Source: Octopus sinensis
Taxonomy: Eukaryota
NCBI RefSeq assembly: GCF_006345805.1
Contig: NW_021834141.1
Location: 1 to 24,924 of the forward strand
DNA length: 24,924 nt
Reading direction: 5' to 3'
Under the pieces are notes generated by a model. It was not told the origin of the DNA. It was given only the letters and a program-made list of their open reading frames with translations, and did not search any database. Position numbers and translations under genes: made by a program. This document shows, one piece after another, positions 1 to 9,547 of this stretch. Every line of letters begins with the position of its first letter. The first letter of the stretch is position 1.

Positions 1-828
1 TAAATTATGCACGGCTATTGCAAGCTACGTATCAAATACATAAACACCCACAACCAAGTGAAAGGAGGTGAGTTCAAAATCCAAAGAAACAAAACCATGC
101 GAGAAATCAAGAATAAATGTCCGAAAAATTACGAAACAAGGCTACGAAACCTTGTAAATGAAATGGGAAAGTACAAAAACAAAGCGCAAATGTTTGCATT
201 TGTAAAGAAGAAAGAAGAAATCAGAAAACCTAACAGTTCATGATGAACTCGGAAGAACTATTTACAACAACCAGGAACGCACAGACACTATAGCCGACCA
301 CTTTGAAAAATATTTCAATTTTGAAAACGAAGAAACGCTTTACCCTTTCGATGGAGCGCCCAGAAAGCTATCTAAAGAAATTACTTTAACGGAAGTTAAA
401 AAATCTGTGACCAGACTAAACAAGTCAAAAGCTCCAGGTCCAAATAATGTTAATGCAGAGCTCATGAAATATGCTCCTGAAGAGCATTAAAAACTTATTA
501 CTTACATTTTGAACAAAACTTTTGAAGAACACTCCAGAATTAACATCGGAATCCGAAAGTTAATCCCCTTACACAAAGCTGGGAAGGAAAAAAGGAAAGC
601 TAAACAGCTTAAGAGCAATCATACTACTCAACACACTTCGTAAAATTCTATCACTAATTGCTTTGGAGAGAATTAAAGGCCCACTACGTGAATTTATCGG
701 ACCCAGCCAAAGTGGGTTTGTCTCTAGAAGATCAACTTCCGATACTGTTTGAAGCCACAAATGGATGTGTGCTTCTTGCCAAAAATATAAAGAAGAGTAT
801 CACATAATAGGAATCGATCTATCTAAAG
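1..828 (+). mobile_element. Non-LTR retrotransposon (RTE-like) reverse transcriptase relic, 5' part, interrupted by hAT insertion
   Basis: Manual translation gives KAPGPNNVNAELMK, LIPLHKAGK, (L)RAIILLNTLRKILS, SQSGF..RSTSDTV and IGIDLSK (ATA codon at 807). It has in-frame stops and frameshifts, and it ends at the hAT TSD. Confidence 0.88.
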
Positions 829-2958
829 CAGGGGTCACCAAACTTTTTGCACTCGCGGGCCGGATTGACCCCAACACAATGAACGCGGGCCGGAGCACGT
901 GCATAGGATTATAATTTTACTAGAAATTCATAAGTGTGTTTTTTACAATAAAAACTAATTTAAACAAAAATAAAGTAAACAAAAATTTTAATGAGAGCTA
1001 TGGAACTGTGATCTTTTTTTGATAAGTTCATCAATATTTGGTTTTAAATTGCTGCATCCTATCATGAGAATTGATTTTAAGTGTCCGTCAGTCAATCTTG
1101 CACGATGGGCAGACTTAACATATTTCATCCTCGAAAACGTTTGCTCACATTGGTAAGTTGTGCCAAATATAGAAATCATCTTTATCGCAAAATTCTTTAG
1201 TCTCGGAAACTCATCATCCTTGAGATATTCGTAGAACTCAGCGAGTTTGGTCCGTCTGTGACAATCTTTGAGCTGTTCATTTGATTGTAAGTCAATAACT
1301 TCTAATTGTAATTCATGTTGAACATTTTCAACATTACAAGAAAATGGATTTTCGAACAAAATTATATCGCTTTCAATTTTGTCAAGTTCAGAAAACTTAT
1401 GTAAAAAATGATGTTTTAATTCTTTGATAATTCCAATTTGGAAAGTAATGTCGATCTCATTACAGTTTGCCTCACAAAAACTTTTAAAACAAGAAAAGTG
1501 TGAAAACTGACGTACTCCAAGTTGTGACTCGAATAACATCAATTTTTGTCGAAATGCTTTAATTATCCTGTAGAAATCACAAATTAAGTTTTCCTTTCCT
1601 TGTAATTTCAGATTTAGCTCATTCATGTGAGTTGTAACATCAACCAAAAATGATAATTTTGATAGCCAAGCAAGATCTGATAATTCGGGATAATAGTTAT
1701 TTTTACTGGTTAGAAAAATATCAATCTCACTTCGGAGTTTATAAAATCTATTTAATACATTACCACAGCTAAGCCATCTAACTGCAGTGTAATATGGTAA
1801 GTCAAAATATTCAGATCCAAAATCGTCAAGTAAAACTTTAAACTGACGGTGATTAAGTGAGCTCCCTCGAACAAAGTTTATTATGCGAATAACTGGATTC
1901 AACACACATGAAATATTAAGAGCCTTCGCACATAGTGCGTGCTGATGAAGGATGCAATGAATGAACAAAGTGTTTGAAATATGTAATTCCTCCAATTTAT
2001 TAGTTATTTGCCCAACTAGACCCTTTTTAGAACCAGCCATATTCTTTGCCCCGTCAATCGTAACACAACTCAGTTTCTCCCATTCAAGGTTATAGTCACT
2101 TATAGTTTGTTCCAATTCATCAAAAATATCTTTTCCAGTGGTTGTTCCATGAATAGAACAAACAGATGCCAGTTCTTCAGTTATGGAAATATTCTCATCA
2201 ACTCCACGAATAAAAATAAGAAGTTGCGATGTTCCCGAAATGTCAACTGACTCATCCAATGCAAGAGAATACCACAACATATTACTTGTCTTTTCACAAA
2301 TTTGTAAATATATATTTTTTCCAAGCTCTTCAGTTCTCCGTGATACAGAACTCGCCGACAAACTTATTCCATCAAATAAGGAAGAATTTAGTGGGCACAA
2401 ACAATTAACTGCTTCAATAATGCAATTTTTGATATACATCCCATCACTAAAGGGTTTCCCGTGTTGTGAAATAATTTTCGTTATCTCGTCCAGCTCTTGT
2501 TACATTTTCATTATTTTCAAAATTTTTTTTATAAGGCCTTGTTGAATTTGTAAAGTGCGTTTCAGTGATTCAACTTTATCCTCACGTAGCTTTCCAGTGT
2601 ACTTGGAATATATCGGAGCATGATTCGTTTCATAATGACGTCGAATGTTATACTCCTTCATAACAGAGAGATGTTCGTGGCATATTAAACAATAAGCTTT
2701 CTGCTTTAATTCATCTTTCGCAAAAAAATACTTCAATTCCCATAATTTATTGAATACACGGCATTCGCGGTCAACCTTTCTTTTCATATTAGACATAGCA
2801 ACAAAGAAAAATTTAACGTTAATGCTGATAAGTTTTTTTTCGAATTAAATCTTGCAAAATAGTTTAATTTTTTAATTAAAGTTTTTATTTAAGTTAATTA
2901 TTAAGGTATTAATTGAATATCTCGAAATAGTGCGCGGGCCGTAGTTTGGTGACGTCTG
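829..2958 (-). mobile_element. hAT DNA transposon (Buster/Charlie/SPIN group), 2130 bp, complete ends
   Basis: TIRs CAGGGGTCACCAAACT (829-844) and revcomp CAGACGTCACCAAACT (2943-2958), 14/16 identical. Perfect 8-bp TSD ATCTAAAG (821-828, 2959-2966). Subterminal CGCGGGCCG motif occurs three times (854, 884, 2933). Internal transposase present. Confidence 0.97.
988..2796 (-). pseudogene. hAT transposase (GTF2IRD2/ZBED-like, BED zinc finger + DDE + dimerization domain), one interruption
   Basis: ORFs 2500-2796 (YCLICHEH..NIRRHYETNH, BED finger) and 988-2439 (SLALDESVD, SCVTIDGAKNM, IHCILHQHALC, VRWLS, FGTTYQCEQTFSRMK) are in the same frame and separated by one TAA at 2500-2502. An alternative frame there reads ENNENVTRAG, which suggests local compensating indels. 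Confidence 0.95.
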
Positions 2959-2966
2959 ATCTAAAG

Positions 2967-3650
2967 CATTTAACTCAACCAGTGGAATTAAGATGATACA
3001 AATATTAACGCCACTACTCGAGGAAGATTGCATCAGAATAATTCGTTATCTACTCTCCTCCACTCAACTATTTATCCACCTCGGAAATAAGAAATCCAGA
3101 GTATTTGAAACAAACAAGGGCACCCCCCAAGGAGACGTCCTATCCCCGGTCTTATTCATCGTATATCTGGAGGCGACCCTACGAAATGCCGGGAATAATA
3201 TCCCCAGACATATTACAGAAGTCATCTTCGCAGATGACATAGATTTCACGGCAAAAGACCACCAATTAGAAGGTATTATGGACAAATTGGCCAACACTTT
3301 TGAAAAATCATTCCTAAAAATTAACACTGAGAAAACAGAATACACTATAGTGCGGCGATGTGACGACGAAACGAGGAAAAATGGAGGCATACAAAGAAAC
3401 TTGGCACTCTCTTAGGAGATACAGAAGACATGATTAAACAACATATGGTTGAGAGGCAAACAACTTTCTGCGCCTTTAAAAATCCAACTATACAATATGT
3501 TCGTAAAACCAGTCCTACTGTACAACTCCTCCTCTTGTGCACTCACAGTGCACGAAATGGAAAATCTGAATTCCTTCCACAGAATGCAGCTGAAATACAT
3601 CCTATGAATCTTTTGGCCAAAACGCATATCAAACAAAGATTAATTAACCT
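2967..3650 (+). mobile_element. RTE-like reverse transcriptase relic, 3' part (continuation of 1-828)
   Basis: GTPQGDVLSPVLFIVYL, FADDI and INTEKTE in ORF 2993-3415. Shifted frames then give KLGTLLGDTED, LYNMFVKPVLLYN and HRMQLKYIL*IFWPKRISN, typical of the RTE-clade post-RT region. Confidence 0.88.
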
Positions 3651-4095
3651 CTTTTTTATAATCTTCCATTAAAGTTTTCCCATTAAAATATCATTTTTAT
3701 TATATCCTTTGTCTATAAATTCTTTTTTATTTTTAGAATCTGCAATTCCATAATCCACAATTAAGCTATCTATTGAATCTATTCTAAACTCTTTTTGATA
3801 CAATTTTTTCAACCTTAATTTGAATGTAAAAAATCAATTTTGGATTGTAACCAGACTAATTTCATTCCACGCTAAATTTATATAAATAACCGCATCCTTT
3901 AAACCTAAACTTTTATACGTGCAGTGAACCCTGGGAGGAGAAGGTTGGTTTAAAAAAATAAATCAAGTCATTAATTAATGTTGATTAGTCATTAATATAA
4001 TTTTATTTCTTTTAATAGAAGTTATAATGAAATTTCTCTAATTCGTTAATGTAAGTTTTGTAATTTAATCGGCTTGCTATTATTTTAAATGCTTC

Positions 4096-6055
4096 ATGTG
4101 GTTCGCTAGTTGTTGCAACTCTGGAGGCGCACAGAATGCTCCTAAAGCATTCGAGAAAAGAACCATTCACTCTTTGAACTCAACGGATGACCTTAAGGCA
4201 ACAATTCAGAACGGCGTATCAGAAATATCTCGAATTACGTTGAATACTAAATTTGGAAAGACCACTATTGCCAACATATATGTTCAACCCCCTCCGTCCA
4301 AAGGGATTCAACCCAAACTTCTCAAAGCTATCGAATGCTAACTTCACCGATGCAATGCTGCAAAACTTTGATACTAAACTGTTCAAATCAATCGACGGAG
4401 CTGTCAAGTACCTAAATGAGGCGATCTTGCTGGGTAGAAAACTATTTATCCCAAAATGCACTTAACATCACTTTAAAGAAAATCTCGACCAGGAGACAAA
4501 AATCCTTATCAGGAAAAGAAACTTTCTTAAAAAGAATCTAATTTCTATTCCCGAGGAATAAAAGAAATAAAGAACCTAAATGATACAATCACTAAGAAAC
4601 TGAAAGCATCCCTAAGAAGAAGGGAAAAACAAATCAAAACGCTTGGAAAGGAAAAATCTGCCCAACACACGTGGACCGCTCTCAAAAAGTTTAGACCCGC
4701 CAACTATTGCACAGACTCAGAACAGAAAAGTCAACCTGAATTGAGTAAACTCATTAAATTCTACGCCGGAATCAGCCACAAGAATCACCTAAAGATAAAC
4801 TCATATTATGTAAGCAATAAACCAAATAAATCAAACACACCCACCTATATATCCCCTGTTGAAGTCGCAGCAGTGATTACCAGTACAAAATCATCCCTAT
4901 CCTGTAGACCAGATTTGATTCCAACAACCTTGCTAAAGCACTTTGGTCCCATCGGAATTGATGCAGTGACAAACATTTTCAACTATTCTGTTAACCAGAA
5001 TCAAATACCAAATATATGGAAAAATTTTCTTATACGCCCAATTCTCAAGCCGGGCCAACCGAAGAACGTCCCCTCCTCCTATAGACCCATTTCACTTTAT
5101 GTCCAATTGCTAAGATTCTTGAAAAACTAATTCTCGATTTGATCAGGCTATTCTTCCCCTTACACACATCCAACATGGCTTCAGGAGTAATTTTTCTACC
5201 TAGACACATCTAACCACATTAACCCAGTTTATAATGGAAGGTTTTGCAACTAGACCTCATCTCAAATCAATTGTATGCTCACTCGATCTTCAGAAGGCCC
5301 TTGATTCGGTCTCTAGAAAGATACTGACTCAAAAAATATTCGGCCTATTTATCGATTCGAACATAAAACTCTGGCTTTCGAATTTCCTCAGCGGAAGGAG
5401 AGGGCATGTATTCCTGAATGGAATCAAATCAATCTCAGGATTACTTCCAAATGGAGTTCCCCAAGGCTCCTCCCTCTCTCCTCCTTTATTCAATTTATAC
5501 CTATCTGACATTCCTAACCCTGAAATGGAAGACTCAATTAATCTTGCCTACGCTGACGACCTACTCATTGGATCACGTGATCAAGACCTCTCGAAATCTT
5601 CCAAAAGAGCACAAGATCTTTTGTTACAAATTCGAACTCGGCTATATCAAAACAGGATGAAAATCTCCCCCGAAAAATCGTCCACTACCTTATTTACGTC
5701 GGACAAGAGACTTGGAAGCCTTACTATTGATCTTTTTCTGGACAACGAAAAGATCCCATTCACAAAGAACCCTAAAATTCTGGGGGTCACTTTTGACACC
5801 CACACGTGTTTTACTACCCATTTAGAGAAGGCCATCGGATCCAGTCAGAGAAAGATTGGACTAATCAAATCGATTTTTGGCGTACTAAAGACACCGTTCC
5901 CGGCTCTTGACACAATCTACAAACAATTCATCGAACCAACAATTGGCTATGCCTGCGCCGCATGGGGCATTAATCTCTCATGGTCTGACCGCCTTAAAAT
6001 TGAGACTACACTCCGCTTGACCATCTTATTAAGAAAGATGGAAAGGGTTTTTTAG
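4096..6055 (+). mobile_element. Non-LTR retrotransposon (Jockey/I-like) relic: partial AP endonuclease + reverse transcriptase
   Basis: TTIANIYV(Q)PP (APE). Linker NFTDA..LNEAILLGRKLFIPK. RT motifs IPNIWK..IRPILKPG..SYRPISL, QHGFR (upstream of ORF 5234 in the same frame, one stop between), LDLQKALDSV, GVPQGSSLSPPLFNLY, YADDL and KILGVTFD. Frameshifts and an internal deletion in the endonuclease. Confidence 0.9.
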
Positions 6056-6600
6056 CCATCCAACAAGACCACCTGCCAAAAGACCTTAACAACCAAAAGC
6101 ACATCACCCGATTCAATTCCTCACAAAAACTGCTCCCCGCCCGTCCCGCACTTGCGTTGGGTTCAGAGTCCAACATCGGGAAAAGCTGAGAAGGATTTTG
6201 AGGATTGTTGGAATCACCTAATTAATTACCCTAATTAAATGTTGGTGATTCTTGAGTTAAATAAAAAAAATGGAAAAAATGATGACAAAAATTATGGTAT
6301 TTTCGGAGGTTACTTTTCTTTGTGTACGTAAAATTTTTGTTTAAATCTGAAAAAAAATTATTCATCTTTAAAGTAAATAAATCTGATTAACGATAAAACC
6401 GACAAAATATGAAGCTTGCCTTTACCTTTGTATAGCAAGCTCGTAATGAATCGCACATGTTTCCTATATTTATGATAGACTGCAGCACTAAACCATACAG
6501 CCAGACAATATTGACTATTTTTGAGAATAAATTATTTGTGAATTCATATCTGCACTAAATTGTGGCTGCGTGTTCATTTTTCAACATACATTTAAGAAAG

Positions 6601-6840
6601 AGAGAAGTATAATTTAAATTAATCGCCGAGTGGAAGGACAGTGGTTGACAAGCGCAATTAATACTTGCCAACTAAACTACTCGGTGTGTGAGCGAATAGT
6701 TTCAAGTATGTGTGAACAATAAATATTATCCCAATTCCTTTTAACTGAAGGAATTTCCGGGGTTTTAAGCTCACGAGTAAACCATTCGTTGACACCTGCA
6801 CCATATTTCGACAACTTGCACTATTCTTGCGGTTTAGCAT
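6601..6840 (-). mobile_element. Diverged CRE-like retrotransposon 3'-end fragment
   Basis: 6601-6641 (agagaagtataatttaaattaatcgccgagtggaaggacag) aligns by eye with the 3' terminus of the CRE-like copy at 23518-23560. An upstream frame reads VKRNWDNIYCSHIL, reminiscent of the CRE post-RT QKxWD motif. Confidence 0.5.
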
Positions 6841-6875
6841 TTTAATTTAATTTTTATTCAATCTTTATCCATTCT

Positions 6876-7090
6876 TTGAGGATCGCCAACGGTTGCGAAG
6901 CCGCAGTTTACACTGTCAAAAGTCTTTTCTTCTCTAACGGAGCACTCAACTCTTACCACGCAGCTGTAAAGATCGATTTACACAACGCTTTCAATAGCTT
7001 AAGAGAAGATTGCATTCTCAAGGCTTACCTTAAAAGGGTTGCTGAGATCGTCCAGTTGGTCTTCCTTTCCTACGGCGAAGAAAGCACTAT
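6876..7090 (+). mobile_element. CRE-like reverse transcriptase fragment
   Basis: GCEAAVYTVK...VKIDLHNAFNSLR..IL...V..LV.LSYGEES matches the CRE/SLACS RT pattern GCEAAVH...KLDFxNAFNS. Confidence 0.75.
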
Positions 7091-8273
7091 TATTAAAGAA
7101 ATTCTCGATGGAGGATTGAAATATTTCAGTAAAGCGTTGAAATTGCGTAAGGAACTTAATTTAGACAAGTTAAGTTATTAGTGATACATTCTAGAAAACT
7201 TTCTGATTCTGGAATTATTCCGTCAAAAGAAGAAAGTTTGAATGCAATCAATACGATTTAGTTCTTCCATTTGAAGAAGCAATTTTTACGTCATATAGGT
7301 TATTACCAACCATCAGAATGGAAACTCTCAGAATATAATAAACAATATGATTATTATTCAAAAATTTTTACAAATACGGTGAGCGTAGTTTTGGTGTTCA
7401 TATGATTTTCTCAAAAGTCACTAAAACCATTCAAAATGAGACTTAGAGAAATTAAGGTATGTTTTATATGGACATATTTTAAATAAATGACATATTTTAA
7501 ATAAATAACATTTTTAAAAGTTTCCATTCTTTGGCGTGTTCGTTCTCTGGACAGTGACATAATTCAAAATAAGAGCCAATCTAATACAATGGAAAGAAAA
7601 TAAAAAACCAAAGTCAACATTGTAGAAAATAAAAAAATGCAGAAATGTAATTCAAGTTACTATTTTTAATTTGTTTGATTCGACTGGCTGTCGTATTTGT
7701 TTAAACGACAGTTTTGAACTATTGAAAACAACATTTGAAATAGTGGTCATTGACAATTATAATTAAAACAAGTCAATCTGGTACATCTGAACTTTACAGC
7801 ATCTGCAGTTTTTCTGTGAATGTCCCTGATATTTCAAATAGAGCTTTTACTTAATTATGTAAATCTATAAATTAATATTTTAAACTTATTCCACTCCGTC
7901 AAAAGTTTCTATAGTTTTAAAATCTTAATAATAAGAAATTGTAAATAGAAAAAATTAAAAATTTTCATCAACAGAATAAATTAAATGTATCGACGGAAAA
8001 ATAAAATTCCATAATACAAAAATAGACCAAGTCCAACCAAATAAAGAACAAGTCGAATAAACATTCGTAGGTCATCACAATAAGTCCAATATTCGTATGG
8101 TCGAGAATTGTCTTTATGCATTATTGAACATTAAAAACGTTCTAATTAAATATATGCGTTTTATTACGCTATGATACAAATTTATCGTCATCAATATTTG
8201 ACAACATATAAATTAAATTCCAGAACCGTAAAACTAAAGCCAAATTAGTAAATTAAAGTGTAAAAACATCTTA

Positions 8274-8519
8274 TCATGATGATTTGGCTTCCGGCTTCCT
8301 TCTTTTTGCTTCCAATCCGCCTCCTTCTGACAGACTCATGGGCCGGGATACAGCGTTTGTGTCCTCTACATGTTCTTTTGATGTCTCGTGGTGGCTGCTT
8401 TCTTCACTCAGTCGTTCATTGATTACATGATTCGCAGCCGTAGCTAAGAGTTTGTATTCCGCACGCATGCTCTCTAAAGTTTTTTAATCATGATCGTCTG
8501 GACATAGGCACGAGTGATA
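8274..8519 (-). mobile_element. C-terminal tail fragment of R4/Dong-like (RLE) retrotransposon ORF
   Basis: Manual translation ITRAYVQTIMIKK[T]LESMRAEYK (1-nt frameshift in T run 8480-8485) parallels AYIQSLTIKKTLESMFVEHK at the end of the element at 13939-14190. Confidence 0.7.
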
Positions 8520-8922
8520 ACATATAATAAAAAGAATTGAATAAATCTTAATTATAGTATATTTACTATTCAATTTCCTCCACAAAAAAACTCGAGTATA
8601 CTCACTGAGTATTACTCAGTCACTAATAACGTTCTCTATGAACTTTATGAATAATTTTTTTTAATTTAGGTTAATTAATAAACTCGTTTTACTCATTTAT
8701 ATAATACTGGGATATTATTTCCCATGCCTTCGGGGCCATAAATCCGTCAGGAGGATTAATTTTGTTTTTTGCAAAATGTCTCATTTTAGTCCCTGAAATA
8801 AAAATGTAATCATCGCTCTGAGAAGAATCATAAAAGTCCATTTTCATCTTGACTTTGTTAAAAGCCACAACTTTAAATGGGAGTATTTCCACTCCTCCCA
8901 AATATCGGGCCATTTTTAAAAC

Positions 8923-8949
8923 CTCAAATTAATTCACTTTAAAGTTTAC
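8923..8949 (-). other. 27-nt GT-AG intron in PAPSS
   Basis: gtaaactttaaagtgaattaatttgag. Removal joins PSHGAR to VLKMARYL. Confidence 0.9.
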
Positions 8950-9074
8950 CCGAGCTCCATGAGATGGGTCGTACAAGTCTGTATCCATTTGAGATGACCG
9001 ATTCCCGCAGGATCTCTCCCTACAATGTAGAAAGTCACCCCTGCTTCAATTCTACTCCTACAGTGCCATTGGAC

Positions 9075-9100
9075 CTATTCAAATAAAAGCTCTCTACTGC
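9075..9100 (-). other. 26-nt GC-AG intron (or 23-nt GT-AG, 9075-9097) in PAPSS
   Basis: gcagtagagagcttttatttgaatag. The GC donor gives GPKE-VQWH, while the GT donor 3 nt downstream gives GPKEA-VQWH. Confidence 0.88.
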
Positions 9101-9243
9101 CTCTTTAGGTCCTGCATAAATCATTGGTGACGGAAATATTGCCAAAACTGACGATTTGGGATCGAGTACGCCTTCTTCGATACAGGTCTCGTGTTGAGTA
9201 ATCCGTAAATTGAGAGGAATGTCGTCATCTTTAGTCCAACCAC

Positions 9244-9271
9244 CTTATTTTGTTTAAAAAGGGGGAATGAC
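9244..9271 (-). other. 28-nt GT-AG intron in PAPSS (phase 1)
   Basis: gtcattccccctttttaaacaaaataag. Removal restores [11 protein letters not shown]. Confidence 0.93.
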
Positions 9272-9401
9272 CTAAAGGATGAAGTAAAAGAATTGGATTC
9301 GAATATCCACGTGCTCTGATATCTTCCAAAGCCTGCTTCATGAGTAGTGCATGGCCGTTGTGAATTGGATTACGTAATTGGAATGCAAGGACAGCATCAG
9401 C

Positions 9402-9424
9402 CTGAAATGAAGAGAAATGGCCAC
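9402..9424 (-). other. 23-nt GT-AG intron in PAPSS
   Basis: gtggccatttctcttcatttcag. Removal joins ..RQKK to [12 protein letters not shown] in frame. Confidence 0.9.
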
Positions 9425-9480
9425 TTTCTTTTGTCTGATTATTTTTTTTAATTCCTCAGGTGTAAGTCGATATGAGTCAA

Positions 9481-9547
9481 GTTGAGTAATTCGTAAATTG
9501 AGAGGAATGTCATCATCTTTATTCCAACTACTTTATTTTGTTTAAAA
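9481..9547. repeat. 67-bp imperfect direct repeat of 9193-9259 (PAPSS intron/exon junction copy)
   Basis: 62/67 identical by manual alignment. Confidence 0.95.

Larger units (their letters stand above)
8689..9481 (-). pseudogene. PAPSS: PAPS synthase, ATP-sulfurylase domain, 3' half only; five exons (9425-9481, 9272-9401, 9101-9243, 8950-9074, 8689-8922), 1-nt frameshift
   Basis: Spliced translation: [83 protein letters not shown][P][45 protein letters not shown]. This carries the HNGH and GRDPAG signatures of the animal/plant-type enzyme. Exon 8950-9074 is 125 nt where 126 are needed. The gene identity is secure, while pseudogene status is less certain. Confidence 0.95.

Noticed and set aside
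2500-2502. TAA read-through or a ciliate genetic code to explain the in-frame stop in the hAT transposase
   Set aside because: Long ORFs and PAPSS use only CAA/CAG for Gln and end at TAA. A neighbouring frame gives a better transposase-like peptide, which points to indels.
2183-2545. 120-aa + strand ORF, and similarly ORFs 18174-18434, 18993-19310, 17522-17821, 3064-3390, 23641-23970 and 14887-15105
   Set aside because: These are antisense shadows of recognisable transposase, RT or RLE coding sequence, with no motifs of their own.
7688-7711. Hairpin CTGTCGT-N10-ACGACAG as a Helitron 3' end or terminator
   Set aside because: Only a 7-bp stem, with no CTRR at the expected distance.
8025-8102. 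Short imperfect repeats AAGTC(C/G)AA and ATTCGTA(T)GGTC
   Set aside because: Possibly subterminal repeats of a DNA transposon, but no TIR or TSD boundary could be found.
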